A stretch of DNA of 32,000 bases, from NCBI RefSeq assembly GCF_900232105.1, contig NZ_LT934425.1:2130001-2162000 (forward strand). Reading direction: 5' to 3'. The position numbers were made by a program, and so were the translations under genes. Origin of the DNA: Candidatus Kuenenia stuttgartensis. Lineage in GTDB: Bacteria; Planctomycetota; Brocadiia; Brocadiales; Brocadiaceae. Positions 24,750 to 31,818 of this stretch are shown here, piece after piece (position 1 is the stretch's first letter; the number at the start of each line of letters is the position of its first letter). Under the pieces are notes generated by a model. That model saw only the letters and a program-made list of their open reading frames with translations, was not told where the DNA came from and ran no database searches.

Positions 24750-25387
24750 ATGATGCTTAATGTTTCCATAATAATCCCAACACGGAATCGGGCAAAAGAC
24801 CTCAAAGTTGCTTTACCCCCGCTTCTCAATCAGGATTACCCCATATTAGAATACGAAATCATTGTAGTGGATGACGGCTCAACGGGCAACACAAGAGAGA
24901 TAACAGAACGGGCTGCATTATTAAATAAAAATAATATCAGATATATAGTCAAACAAATAAGGTTTTCGAAAAATTTACACCTCCCGTCCCTTCTATAAAG
25001 AGGGAATTAAGGGGCGTGCTTGTATAGTATGCTTAGTCAAATAAATCTGTTTTTTAGAAAGCCATTTTATTGCCAAATTCCTAAAATCATATTTGTTTGG
25101 CTATATATATTAGCCAGAACCCGGGCTCCTATCCGGCAGACATTGAGGGGCATCGGAAGCAAAGGGAGAAATTCTTGTCTTTGTCGATGATGGTATTGAG
25201 GCGGTCAACGGGTGGTTATCGTCAATAATGGCGGAATTCGAAAATGAGCCAGTTCACATGTGGTTGGAGGTACCAGTCTTCCCAGGTATGAAGTTGACCC
25301 TCCCAAATGGATCGATAAATATTGTTCCTGGAAAGATGATCAATTAACATGCGGCTCACTGAGTCTCCTAAATAAGGGAAAAGAAAG
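24750..25387 (+). pseudogene. Decayed 5' copy of the GT2 glycosyltransferase gene (paralogue of 28366..~28835)
   Basis: IIIPTRNR...YEIIVVDDGSTGNT...ERAALLNKNNIRYI, then a 154-bp MITE. Homology resumes at 25102 with a 1-nt insertion (cacatgTggttgg) that shifts the frame, and ends at ~25387. Confidence 0.85.
24948..25101. mobile_element. 154-bp MITE inserted in the GT2 pseudogene
   Basis: Ends are gtcaaacaaata... and ...tatttgtttggc (12-bp TIR, 11/12). Comparison with the uninterrupted paralogue (cagatatatatatgagccagaac at ~28548) shows a clean insertion into a TA repeat with ~6 bp of extra TATATA. Confidence 0.8.
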
Positions 25388-25403
25388 GAAAAGGAAATAT
25401 ACA

Positions 25404-25637
25404 ATGACTACTAAAAAGGAATCACTTACTTATAATGACTATGTAAGGGGAATTCAAGATCTAAGACCAGAGGATCAATTAAGTTTAGTTGAAATCATCT
25501 CTGCCGGGCTGAAAAAAACTCTTATGAAAAAAAGGGCTAAACATAGAATTACTGAAATTGAAGGATTGGGGGCAGACATTTGGAAAGGCATCGATGCGCA
25601 GGAATATGTTCGTAAGGAGAGAGAATCTTGGGATTAA
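25404..25637 (+). CDS. Small antitoxin-like protein (orphan; no cognate toxin ORF follows)
   Basis: 77 aa, with aaggaaa upstream of the ATG. ...EDQLSLVEIISAGLKK...ITEIEGLGADIWKGIDAQEYVRKERESWD* resembles small VapB-type partners of PIN toxins as I recall them. The track ORF 25260..25637 fuses it in frame to GT2 debris. Confidence 0.4.
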   Translation: MTTKKESLTYNDYVRGIQDLRPEDQLSLVEIISAGLKKTLMKKRAKHRITEIEGLGADIWKGIDAQEYVRKERESWD

Positions 25638-25843
25638 TTGATGAACGAAACATTTGCCGGTTTGAGGAATATCCCGCCAGCATCCTTGCCGGCGGGAGGT
25701 CAGGCGCAGGGATGCTCCTGATACTATGCACACAACTATGCCGTGTTATGGCAATGTTTTGCCCCTTACATTAATGCGGCATATCGTTATTGTCGGAATT
25801 TTTCAAAAAGTTAAAGTGTTGCAATATTACAGAAAGATCATCA

Positions 25844-26872
25844 ATGGAAATAATCAATCCACACGACAAATTCTTCAAAGAGACATTTTCCATCCGGGAA
25901 AATGTAATCGATTTCCTTAGTGGTACATTTCCCTCAAAAATCCTGAAAAAACTGGATTTGTCCACTTTAACACAGGATAATAACTCATATATCGACGAAG
26001 AACACAAAGAACATTTCTCAGACATTGTATACACCTGTTTCTGTAAAGACAAAGAACTCCGGATAACCCTTTTATTCGAGCACAAGAGTTATGCCGTAGC
26101 ATGTCCGTATCTGCAGTTGATGAAATACCTTTTAAAGATATGGGAATCAAACAACAAGCAGGCGCAAAGACTCATGCCGGTAATTCCGGTGATATTATAT
26201 CACGGCAAAGATACGTGGAAAGCAAGAAGGTTCAGAGACTATTTTGAAGGGATAGACGAGGAATTTTTAAGATTTATACCGGAATTTGAATATCTGCTGA
26301 CAGACCTGAGTAGTTACAGCAATGAGGAAATAAAGGACAGGGTATTTAGAAGGGCATCCCTCCAAATAACCATGTTATTGATGAGGAACATATATAATGA
26401 CAAAATTCTGGGAGACAAGCTAAAGGTATTCTTTGAAATAGGGAGGCAGTATTTTGAAGAGGAAGGAGGGGTAAAATTTCTGGAAAGTGTAATCAGGTAT
26501 TTGTACTATGCATCGGATATAGAGGAAGAACGGGTAATAGACACCTTAAAAGAGATATCAGAGGAAGGAGGTAAATTAAGTATGACAATAGCGGCGAGAT
26601 TAATAGAAAAGGGTAAAATAACCGGTAGGATGGAAGGTCGGATGGAAGGCAGGGAGGAAGGCAGAGCGGAAGGTGCGATAGAGGGCGAGAGGAAGGGAAG
26701 GATAGAGGGTCTAATAGAGGCGATAGAGATAGGTTTGGAGCTAAAGTATGGAGTTAACGGTTTAAGGCTTCTGGAGCGTATCAGGAAAATAGCCGTGATA
26801 GAGAAGCTGGAGTCAATAAAAGAGGCGGTAAAGATATCAAAGAATATGGAGGAAATTGAAAAATTGCTCTAA
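25844..26872 (+). CDS. Rpn-family (YhgA-like, PD-(D/E)XK / Transposase_31) recombination-promoting nuclease, copy 2, intact
   Basis: The start at 25844 (MEIINPHDKFFKETF) was chosen by colinearity with copy 1. LLFEHKSY core, EG-repeat tail and a helical C-terminus. Confidence 0.85.
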   Translation: MEIINPHDKFFKETFSIRENVIDFLSGTFPSKILKKLDLSTLTQDNNSYIDEEHKEHFSDIVYTCFCKDKELRITLLFEHKSYAVACPYLQLMKYLLKIWESNNKQAQRLMPVIPVILYHGKDTWKARRFRDYFEGIDEEFLRFIPEFEYLLTDLSSYSNEEIKDRVFRRASLQITMLLMRNIYNDKILGDKLKVFFEIGRQYFEEEGGVKFLESVIRYLYYASDIEEERVIDTLKEISEEGGKLSMTIAARLIEKGKITGRMEGRMEGREEGRAEGAIEGERKGRIEGLIEAIEIGLELKYGVNGLRLLERIRKIAVIEKLESIKEAVKISKNMEEIEKLL

Positions 26873-26955
26873 ATTTTTGAGAGACCATATTTGTAACTAT
26901 TCAGCGTAAACGATACGCGGCTCGTTCCCAAACCTTGTACTGAACATAGTGAAGT

Positions 26956-27067
26956 ATCTGGCTCGAAAATAAGACTACAAAAAATAGCTCAAGTACAGGT
27001 ACCGCAATATGATATGGCTATAAAACCATTTTCATCGTTTCTGGGTGTTGCAAATGCAACAGGATGA
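26956..27067 (+). repeat. Interspersed ~110-bp repeat (partner of 1..110)
   Basis: See feature 1..110. Confidence 0.8.
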
Positions 27068-27229
27068 CTGTTTGGGAATGAAATTGCACTGGAAAACTCT
27101 GTTTCCAGTGAGGGTTTGACTTGACAAATTATAAACTGTCTGAATCATGTGATTTTATTCCCTATCTATCAACAGACAGGCGAGAAACCGGAGTTTGGGA
27201 ACGAGTTGCGCTTTGCACTCCGGTAGTTT

Positions 27230-27348
27230 GTAACAGTTCACTCTTTCCGGATTGTCTTGGTATTTGAAAAGTACCCACCCCTAGCCCCTCCCAAGAGGGG
27301 AATACAAAAAGTCCCCTCTTGGGGATTTAGGAGTGGGTGAACTGTTAC
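27230..27348. mobile_element. 119-bp MITE (family B) with 12-bp perfect TIRs and an 8-bp target duplication
   Basis: TIR is gtaacagttcac (27230..27241) / gtgaactgttac (27337..27348). Flanking direct repeats are ggtagttt (27222..27229) and ggtggttt (27349..27356). The interior is an imperfect palindrome: cccacccctagcccctcccaagagggga...tcccctcttggggatttaggagtgggtg. Confidence 0.75.
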
Positions 27349-27430
27349 GGTGGTTTGATAAATTATGCTGAATAGTTAACGTCAGTTAAGAATATGCAAA
27401 TAGAAAGAAATAATTCAGGAGGACATAAAA

Positions 27431-27748
27431 ATGAGTACTGATATTAAAGAAAAACTTGAAATACCTGATACGCTAAGAAATATTTATACGGAGATGGAAG
27501 TTTCTCCAATAGGGCTTTTAAAGAACTATGCTTTAAACCTTATTTTAAATAAAATTAATAAATATGAAGCAGAAAACGCATTCTTTGAGAAAAAGTATGA
27601 TTGCAAATACGAAGAATTCAAACATAAAGTCGAATCTATGGAAAAAGAAGAGAATTTTGAATGGGAAGACGATTTGATGGATTGGGAATTTGCGTTTGAA
27701 AATTTTAGATATTGGCAAAAAAAAGCCCATGAGATAAAAGGCGAATGA
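27431..27748 (+). CDS. Small acidic helical protein, putative partner of the downstream DUF6516-like gene
   Basis: aggagg lies 8 nt upstream of the ATG. The stop overlaps the next start (ATGA). No family recognised. Confidence 0.55.
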   Translation: MSTDIKEKLEIPDTLRNIYTEMEVSPIGLLKNYALNLILNKINKYEAENAFFEKKYDCKYEEFKHKVESMEKEENFEWEDDLMDWEFAFENFRYWQKKAHEIKGE

Positions 27749-28089
27749 AGGAAATACTCGACAAATATAAAGATATTATTAAAAAATATGAAATCCTTGT
27801 TTGGGACAGCGAACCACTGGCGTATCGTTTTAAGGCAATAATTACGTTTATGGATGATTCAAGACTTCTGATAAAGGATTATACCTTTCCCCACGGACGC
27901 AAATACTCTTTTCACTGGCAAGACAGAAATAGTCATTTAATAATTCGCTGGGACAATGCAATGCACTGGAAAGACATAGATACTTTTCCACATCACAAAC
28001 ATGAAAAGGCCTCCATATCTTCCTCAAAAGAAGTAACGCTGGAAGATATTTTGAACCATATTTATGAGATTTTGAATGATGGACACTGA
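27745..28089 (+). CDS. DUF6516-like (TumE-family-like) toxin-antitoxin component
   Basis: YSFHWQDRNSHLIIRWDNAMHW...TFPHHKHEKASISSS...LEDILNHI fits the DUF6516 pattern (RyDNapH...PHHkH). Confidence 0.55.
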   Translation: MKEILDKYKDIIKKYEILVWDSEPLAYRFKAIITFMDDSRLLIKDYTFPHGRKYSFHWQDRNSHLIIRWDNAMHWKDIDTFPHHKHEKASISSSKEVTLEDILNHIYEILNDGH

Positions 28090-28365
28090 TCAAAAATTAT
28101 CAATTACTCATATAGATACCCATGATAAAGCCGGTGGTACTGCAAAACAGGAAATACGTATTAAATTAAATATTAAAAGAGTGGTATACGAAAATATTTG
28201 CATTATTACGGATTGCAGAACCGAGGCTTTTCCAAAATGAGAACAGGGTCGATTTAAATTCCCCTCTGGTAGTCAAAGATAAAAAAACGGAAATAGTTAC
28301 AATGTCGAATTACAAAAAATCGGGAATGCTTCCCACTTCAATAGCCAATAAGACTGGAAAATGTA

Positions 28366-29760
28366 ATGAATGCATCAATAATAATACCAACACGCAATCG
28401 TTCAAAGTGGCTAACTTCCGCAATTCAATCTTTCGCAGAACAAGACTTTCCATCCTCTCAATATGAAATCATTGTAGTGGATAACGGCTCAACAGACAAC
28501 ACAGGGGAGATAACAGAACGAGCTGCATTATTAAATAAAAACAATATCAGATATATATATGAGCCAGAACCAGGGCTCCTATCCGGCAGGCATCGAGGAA
28601 TGTCGGAAGCAAAGGGAGAAATACTTGTCTTTGTCGATGATGATATTGAGGCGGTCAACGGGTGGTTATCGGCAATAATGGCGGAACTCAAAGATGAGTC
28701 AGTTCACATGGTTGGAGGTCCCAGTCTTCCCATGTATGAAGTTGACCCTCCCCAATGGGTCGAGAAATATTATTCATGGAAAGATGATCAATTAACATGC
28801 GGCTCACTGAGTCTACTAAATAAGGGAAAAGAAAGATTGGAAATAGATCCCGTATTTGTCTGGGGATTGAATTTTGCAATAAGAAAGAAAACGCTTTTTG
28901 ATTTAGGGGGTTTTCATCCGGATAATATACCAAAATCCCTACAACACTTTCAGGGCGATGGAGAAACCGGGCTGGCCCTGAAAATGAAAGGAAAAGGACT
29001 CAAGGCGGTCTACGCCCCTGGCGCAAAAGTATATCACCACATTCCACGGGAAAGACTCACCGTAGCCTATTTTGAAAAACGATTCTTTTATCAGGGTGTT
29101 TGTGATTCATATACACAAATAAGAAAAAATAAAGGGCTGTCAAATATAAAAATCCCTAACTACCAGATATTCGATCAATTCTTACCAAACGTCCCTGCTT
29201 ATGATCAATATAAACAAATTATCTATAAGCGGATTCATAATGCTTACGTTGATGGGTTTCTTTTCCATCAGGAGGCAGTACAAAAAAGTAAGACGCTTTT
29301 GAAATGGGTCTTGAAGGAAGACTATTTTGATTACCGACTCCCTGAGTTAAACCTACAAGAGCAACAACAAATTCAAGAGGTGAGTGATCGTATCCAAAAA
29401 CGCTCCACACACCTACAATGGCCACGGACTACGGCTCAGGATATGTTCAAGGATGCCTTTAACCTTATTAATTCTGACGACATGGTTACCGCTCTATCTA
29501 AATTAGATACCATGGTACATCAATATCCAAACATGCCGAAAGTGCATCTAACCCGTGCTTTGTGTCTGTCTGCACTTGACCGCCCACGGGAAGCAGTACG
29601 TGCTGCCATTGCTGAATTAACTATTCAGCACGATAATAAACAGGCAGTAGATATATTATTGAAAAATCAACAGGTGTTATTAGAAGAACTGAAGACTGCA
29701 CCCCAAGCGGCAGTTCGGCTTGTTGAACGTATACTAAAGTCCAGACTTAACCGGGTTTGA
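28366..29760 (+). CDS. Family 2 glycosyltransferase with a C-terminal TPR-like extension
   Basis: IIIPTRNR...IIVVDNGSTDNT...ILVFVDDD (DxD), followed by a ~100-aa helical repeat tail (DMVTALSKLDTMVHQYPNMPKVHLTRALCLSALDRPREA). Confidence 0.8.
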   Translation: MNASIIIPTRNRSKWLTSAIQSFAEQDFPSSQYEIIVVDNGSTDNTGEITERAALLNKNNIRYIYEPEPGLLSGRHRGMSEAKGEILVFVDDDIEAVNGWLSAIMAELKDESVHMVGGPSLPMYEVDPPQWVEKYYSWKDDQLTCGSLSLLNKGKERLEIDPVFVWGLNFAIRKKTLFDLGGFHPDNIPKSLQHFQGDGETGLALKMKGKGLKAVYAPGAKVYHHIPRERLTVAYFEKRFFYQGVCDSYTQIRKNKGLSNIKIPNYQIFDQFLPNVPAYDQYKQIIYKRIHNAYVDGFLFHQEAVQKSKTLLKWVLKEDYFDYRLPELNLQEQQQIQEVSDRIQKRSTHLQWPRTTAQDMFKDAFNLINSDDMVTALSKLDTMVHQYPNMPKVHLTRALCLSALDRPREAVRAAIAELTIQHDNKQAVDILLKNQQVLLEELKTAPQAAVRLVERILKSRLNRV

Positions 29761-29860
29761 TTAAACGTATTAAATAATCGGTCAATAACGTGTAATAAAT
29801 ACGTTGTATATTTTGTGTTTAATTTCATAATATTCTTTAAAAATACCCGGAGAGGATAAA

Positions 29861-30217
29861 ATGCAAACAAATATATTGACAGATGAACAGTATAAAATGC
29901 TTTCCCGAAAATTGATTAATAGTATAGAAAGGCATTTTAAGATAACTCCGTTAAATACTTTAAAACACTATAAATATATATTGAGAAAACCTATTTATAT
30001 TACGATTGAAATGGAAAAGGACATTTTTATAGCATCCTTAGATGATATAGAGGCATTTGCTTATGCTGATACAGAATTTGAAGCAATTAATCGGTTGTGT
30101 GAAGAAATAATCAATATCTATGAAGATTTACAGGCGGACAGAGACAATTTAGGTAAATTCCCTAAAAAATGGTTAACCTTCTTAGAGGAGGTTATTGTAA
30201 AAAGTGAAGAAAAATGA
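29861..30217 (+). CDS. HicB-like antitoxin candidate
   Basis: ggagagg upstream. IFIASLDDIEAFAYADTEFEAINRLCEEIINIYEDL resembles the HicB N-terminal fold pattern. 14-nt overlap with the downstream HicA-like ORF. Confidence 0.45.
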   Translation: MQTNILTDEQYKMLSRKLINSIERHFKITPLNTLKHYKYILRKPIYITIEMEKDIFIASLDDIEAFAYADTEFEAINRLCEEIINIYEDLQADRDNLGKFPKKWLTFLEEVIVKSEEK

Positions 30218-30473
30218 AGTAGAAAGGTTATTCAAAAAACTGGAATTGAAGACGCGGTCTACGGGACATAATTATGGGTGGTTGACTGTAAATGAGAAGA
30301 AGATATTAAGAGTTCATTACTCTCATGGGAAAGGGGACATTCCCGATAAAATTGTATCTAAGATTAGAGGGCAGTTAAAACTATCTTTAAAGGATTTCAA
30401 AGACTTAATTGATTGTTCATTGAATTACAACAATTACATCAACATTTTAAAACAAAAGGGAATCATTGATTGA
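30204..30473 (+). CDS. HicA-like mRNA-interferase toxin candidate
   Basis: EVERLFKKLELKTRSTGHNYGW...RVHYSHGKGDIPDKIVSKIRGQLKLSLKDFKDL parallels the HicA/YcfA layout (...GSHH...vP.H.gkdl.kgtl.kIlkq.gls.eef). GTG start. Confidence 0.5.
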   Translation: MKKNEVERLFKKLELKTRSTGHNYGWLTVNEKKILRVHYSHGKGDIPDKIVSKIRGQLKLSLKDFKDLIDCSLNYNNYINILKQKGIID

Positions 30474-30540
30474 TAAAATGGGTGAATGAGTATCTAAATT
30501 ATATTACAACCGAGTTTAAAATAGAAAGACAGTTGCGACA

Positions 30541-30762
30541 AGGAGCATTCCCGATTTTTTGTAACCGTTTGTGTGATTGGGGCAAAACAACGCTTCAAGG
30601 GATATGGTTTGAACAGGAGCATTTCAGATTTTTGGCTAACTAACTGTACATTGTACCACAAACATCCTGCTTGTGGTATTTTACCCTCAAGCTGGAAACT
30701 TGAGTTACTATTCTTCCCCTCCCCCGCTAATGGCATTTTTACAAAAAATCGGGAATGCTCCC
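30541..30762. mobile_element. 222-bp MITE (family A) with 23-bp perfect TIRs
   Basis: ggagcattcccgattttttgtaa (30542..) versus ttacaaaaaatcgggaatgctcc (..30761). Near-identical flanks are gttgcgaca (left) and gttgcaaca (right). A degenerate third TIR-like copy lies at ~30615. Confidence 0.75.
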
Positions 30763-30920
30763 GTTGCAACATAGCGCAGCAAAGCCGTAACCAAAAAGAG
30801 TTTAACCACAAAGGACCTAGCGCGGCCTTTGGCCGCAACCAAAAAGGTGATTTTTAGTTTATTATAAAGTATAGTAGTATCCTCGTAAATAGTAATCAGA
30901 CAATTTGGAGGACACTACTT

Positions 30921-31805
30921 ATGAATAAGTTGATGGAATTATATCGAGACAGGATCGTGGGTGCAATAAGCGGTCTGGACAGGATTCGTTTTCGCGGGAC
31001 ATTGCGGTGGTTGGCCAGTGAGCGTGGGATGGGAACATTCATGAACCAAGCGAGAATTCTGCTTAAGGATTTTTCCGGTTGGGTCAATGGGCTTACGGCA
31101 CAGGTGCGAGACAGTTGTGAATCGCGGGCGAAAGATTTGGGTATCGAGGTGCGGTATTTGATGAGCAGCGGTGTTGATAAGGAGAAGTTGGCTCGCCAGA
31201 TCGCGGCGGATAAGAGGATTACGGAAGGTTCCATCTGCCTGTTGAGTGTGGTAGAGCCTTGTATTGCGCCGATGGTCAAGGGCAACAAGGCCAGCAAGAA
31301 GCTCGAGTTGGTAATGGCGCCCCGCAAGTGTGTCTTTGTGTATCATTATTTTAATGATCCAGTGTTTGGTTTTGGTCATGTTCGTATCCAGAGTTGGGCG
31401 CCGTTTAATATTTTCATTTGTCTCAATGGTCGTCATTGGCTGGAGCGGCAACTTCAGAAGCAAGGTATTGATTATGTTAAGGACGGCAACTGTTTTGTGC
31501 GTATAGAGGATATTGCGGCTGCGCAGGTTCTGCTCCATGAGCAGCTTAAGACTGACTGGGCGAAGCTGCTGAACGGGCTTGCGTTAGGCAGTTGCCCGGC
31601 ATTGTCGCAGATTCTTCGTCCGTTGGAACCGGAGTATTACTGGTCTGCGGATGAGACGGAGTGGGCGACGGACATCATGTTTAAATCGGTTGAGGCATTG
31701 GAGGAGTTGTTTCCATCGTTTGTTCATCATGCGATGCGGGTTTGCGACAGTTCTTCGGTGATGAAGTATTTGGGTAGGCGTAACCTTGCAGGCGCTGCCC
31801 CATAA
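30921..31805 (+). CDS. Conserved-looking hypothetical protein, GC-rich relative to the window; possibly 3'-truncated
   Basis: 294-aa ORF with ggagga upstream. One hand-counted 60-nt line (31141..31200) is ~52% GC. Composition drops abruptly right after the stop. No family recognised. Confidence 0.6.
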   Translation: MNKLMELYRDRIVGAISGLDRIRFRGTLRWLASERGMGTFMNQARILLKDFSGWVNGLTAQVRDSCESRAKDLGIEVRYLMSSGVDKEKLARQIAADKRITEGSICLLSVVEPCIAPMVKGNKASKKLELVMAPRKCVFVYHYFNDPVFGFGHVRIQSWAPFNIFICLNGRHWLERQLQKQGIDYVKDGNCFVRIEDIAAAQVLLHEQLKTDWAKLLNGLALGSCPALSQILRPLEPEYYWSADETEWATDIMFKSVEALEELFPSFVHHAMRVCDSSSVMKYLGRRNLAGAAP

Positions 31806-31818
31806 GCGCTAACTTGTT

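Larger units (their letters stand above)
26894..27378. repeat. ~485-bp non-coding element with two nested pairs of inverted repeats; carries the 110-bp repeat and a nested MITE
   Basis: Outer IR is taactattcagc (26894..26905) / gctgaatagtta (27367..27378). Inner IR is ctcgttcccaaac (26921..26933) / gtttgggaacgag (27193..27205). Internal hairpin: cactggaaa-actctg-tttccagtg. Confidence 0.6.

Noticed and set aside
25260-25403. 5' part of track ORF 25260..25637 (MVGGTSLPRYEVDPPKWIDKY...)
   Set aside because: This part is frameshifted GT2 pseudogene sequence that happens to be in frame with the downstream small gene. The real start of that gene is more plausibly the ATG at 25404.
25790-25843. Upstream extension of Rpn copy 2 (MSEFFKKLKCCNITERSS...)
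   Set aside because: The extension lies in a solo MITE end and has no counterpart in copy 1. Family members start close to the conserved NPHDKFFK motif.
28078-28245. 55-codon ORF MMDTDQKLSITHIDTHDKAGGTAK... after the DUF6516-like gene, possibly the N-terminal remnant of a GT4 glycosyltransferase (I-x-H-x...GG-x-x)
   Set aside because: The similarity rests on about ten residues only, and the remainder does not look like a GT-B N-domain. Too weak to call without a profile search.
30494-30857. ORFs 30494..30838 (-) and 30573..30857 (+)
   Set aside because: Both lie across the family-A MITE (30541..30762) and adjacent hairpins, overlap each other on opposite strands, and have no motifs.
30939-31538. 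Long minus-strand ORFs (30939..31538, 30896..31327) opposite the GC-rich gene
   Set aside because: Typical shadow ORFs in GC-richer DNA. The + strand ORF is longer, has an SD (ggagga) and a more protein-like composition.
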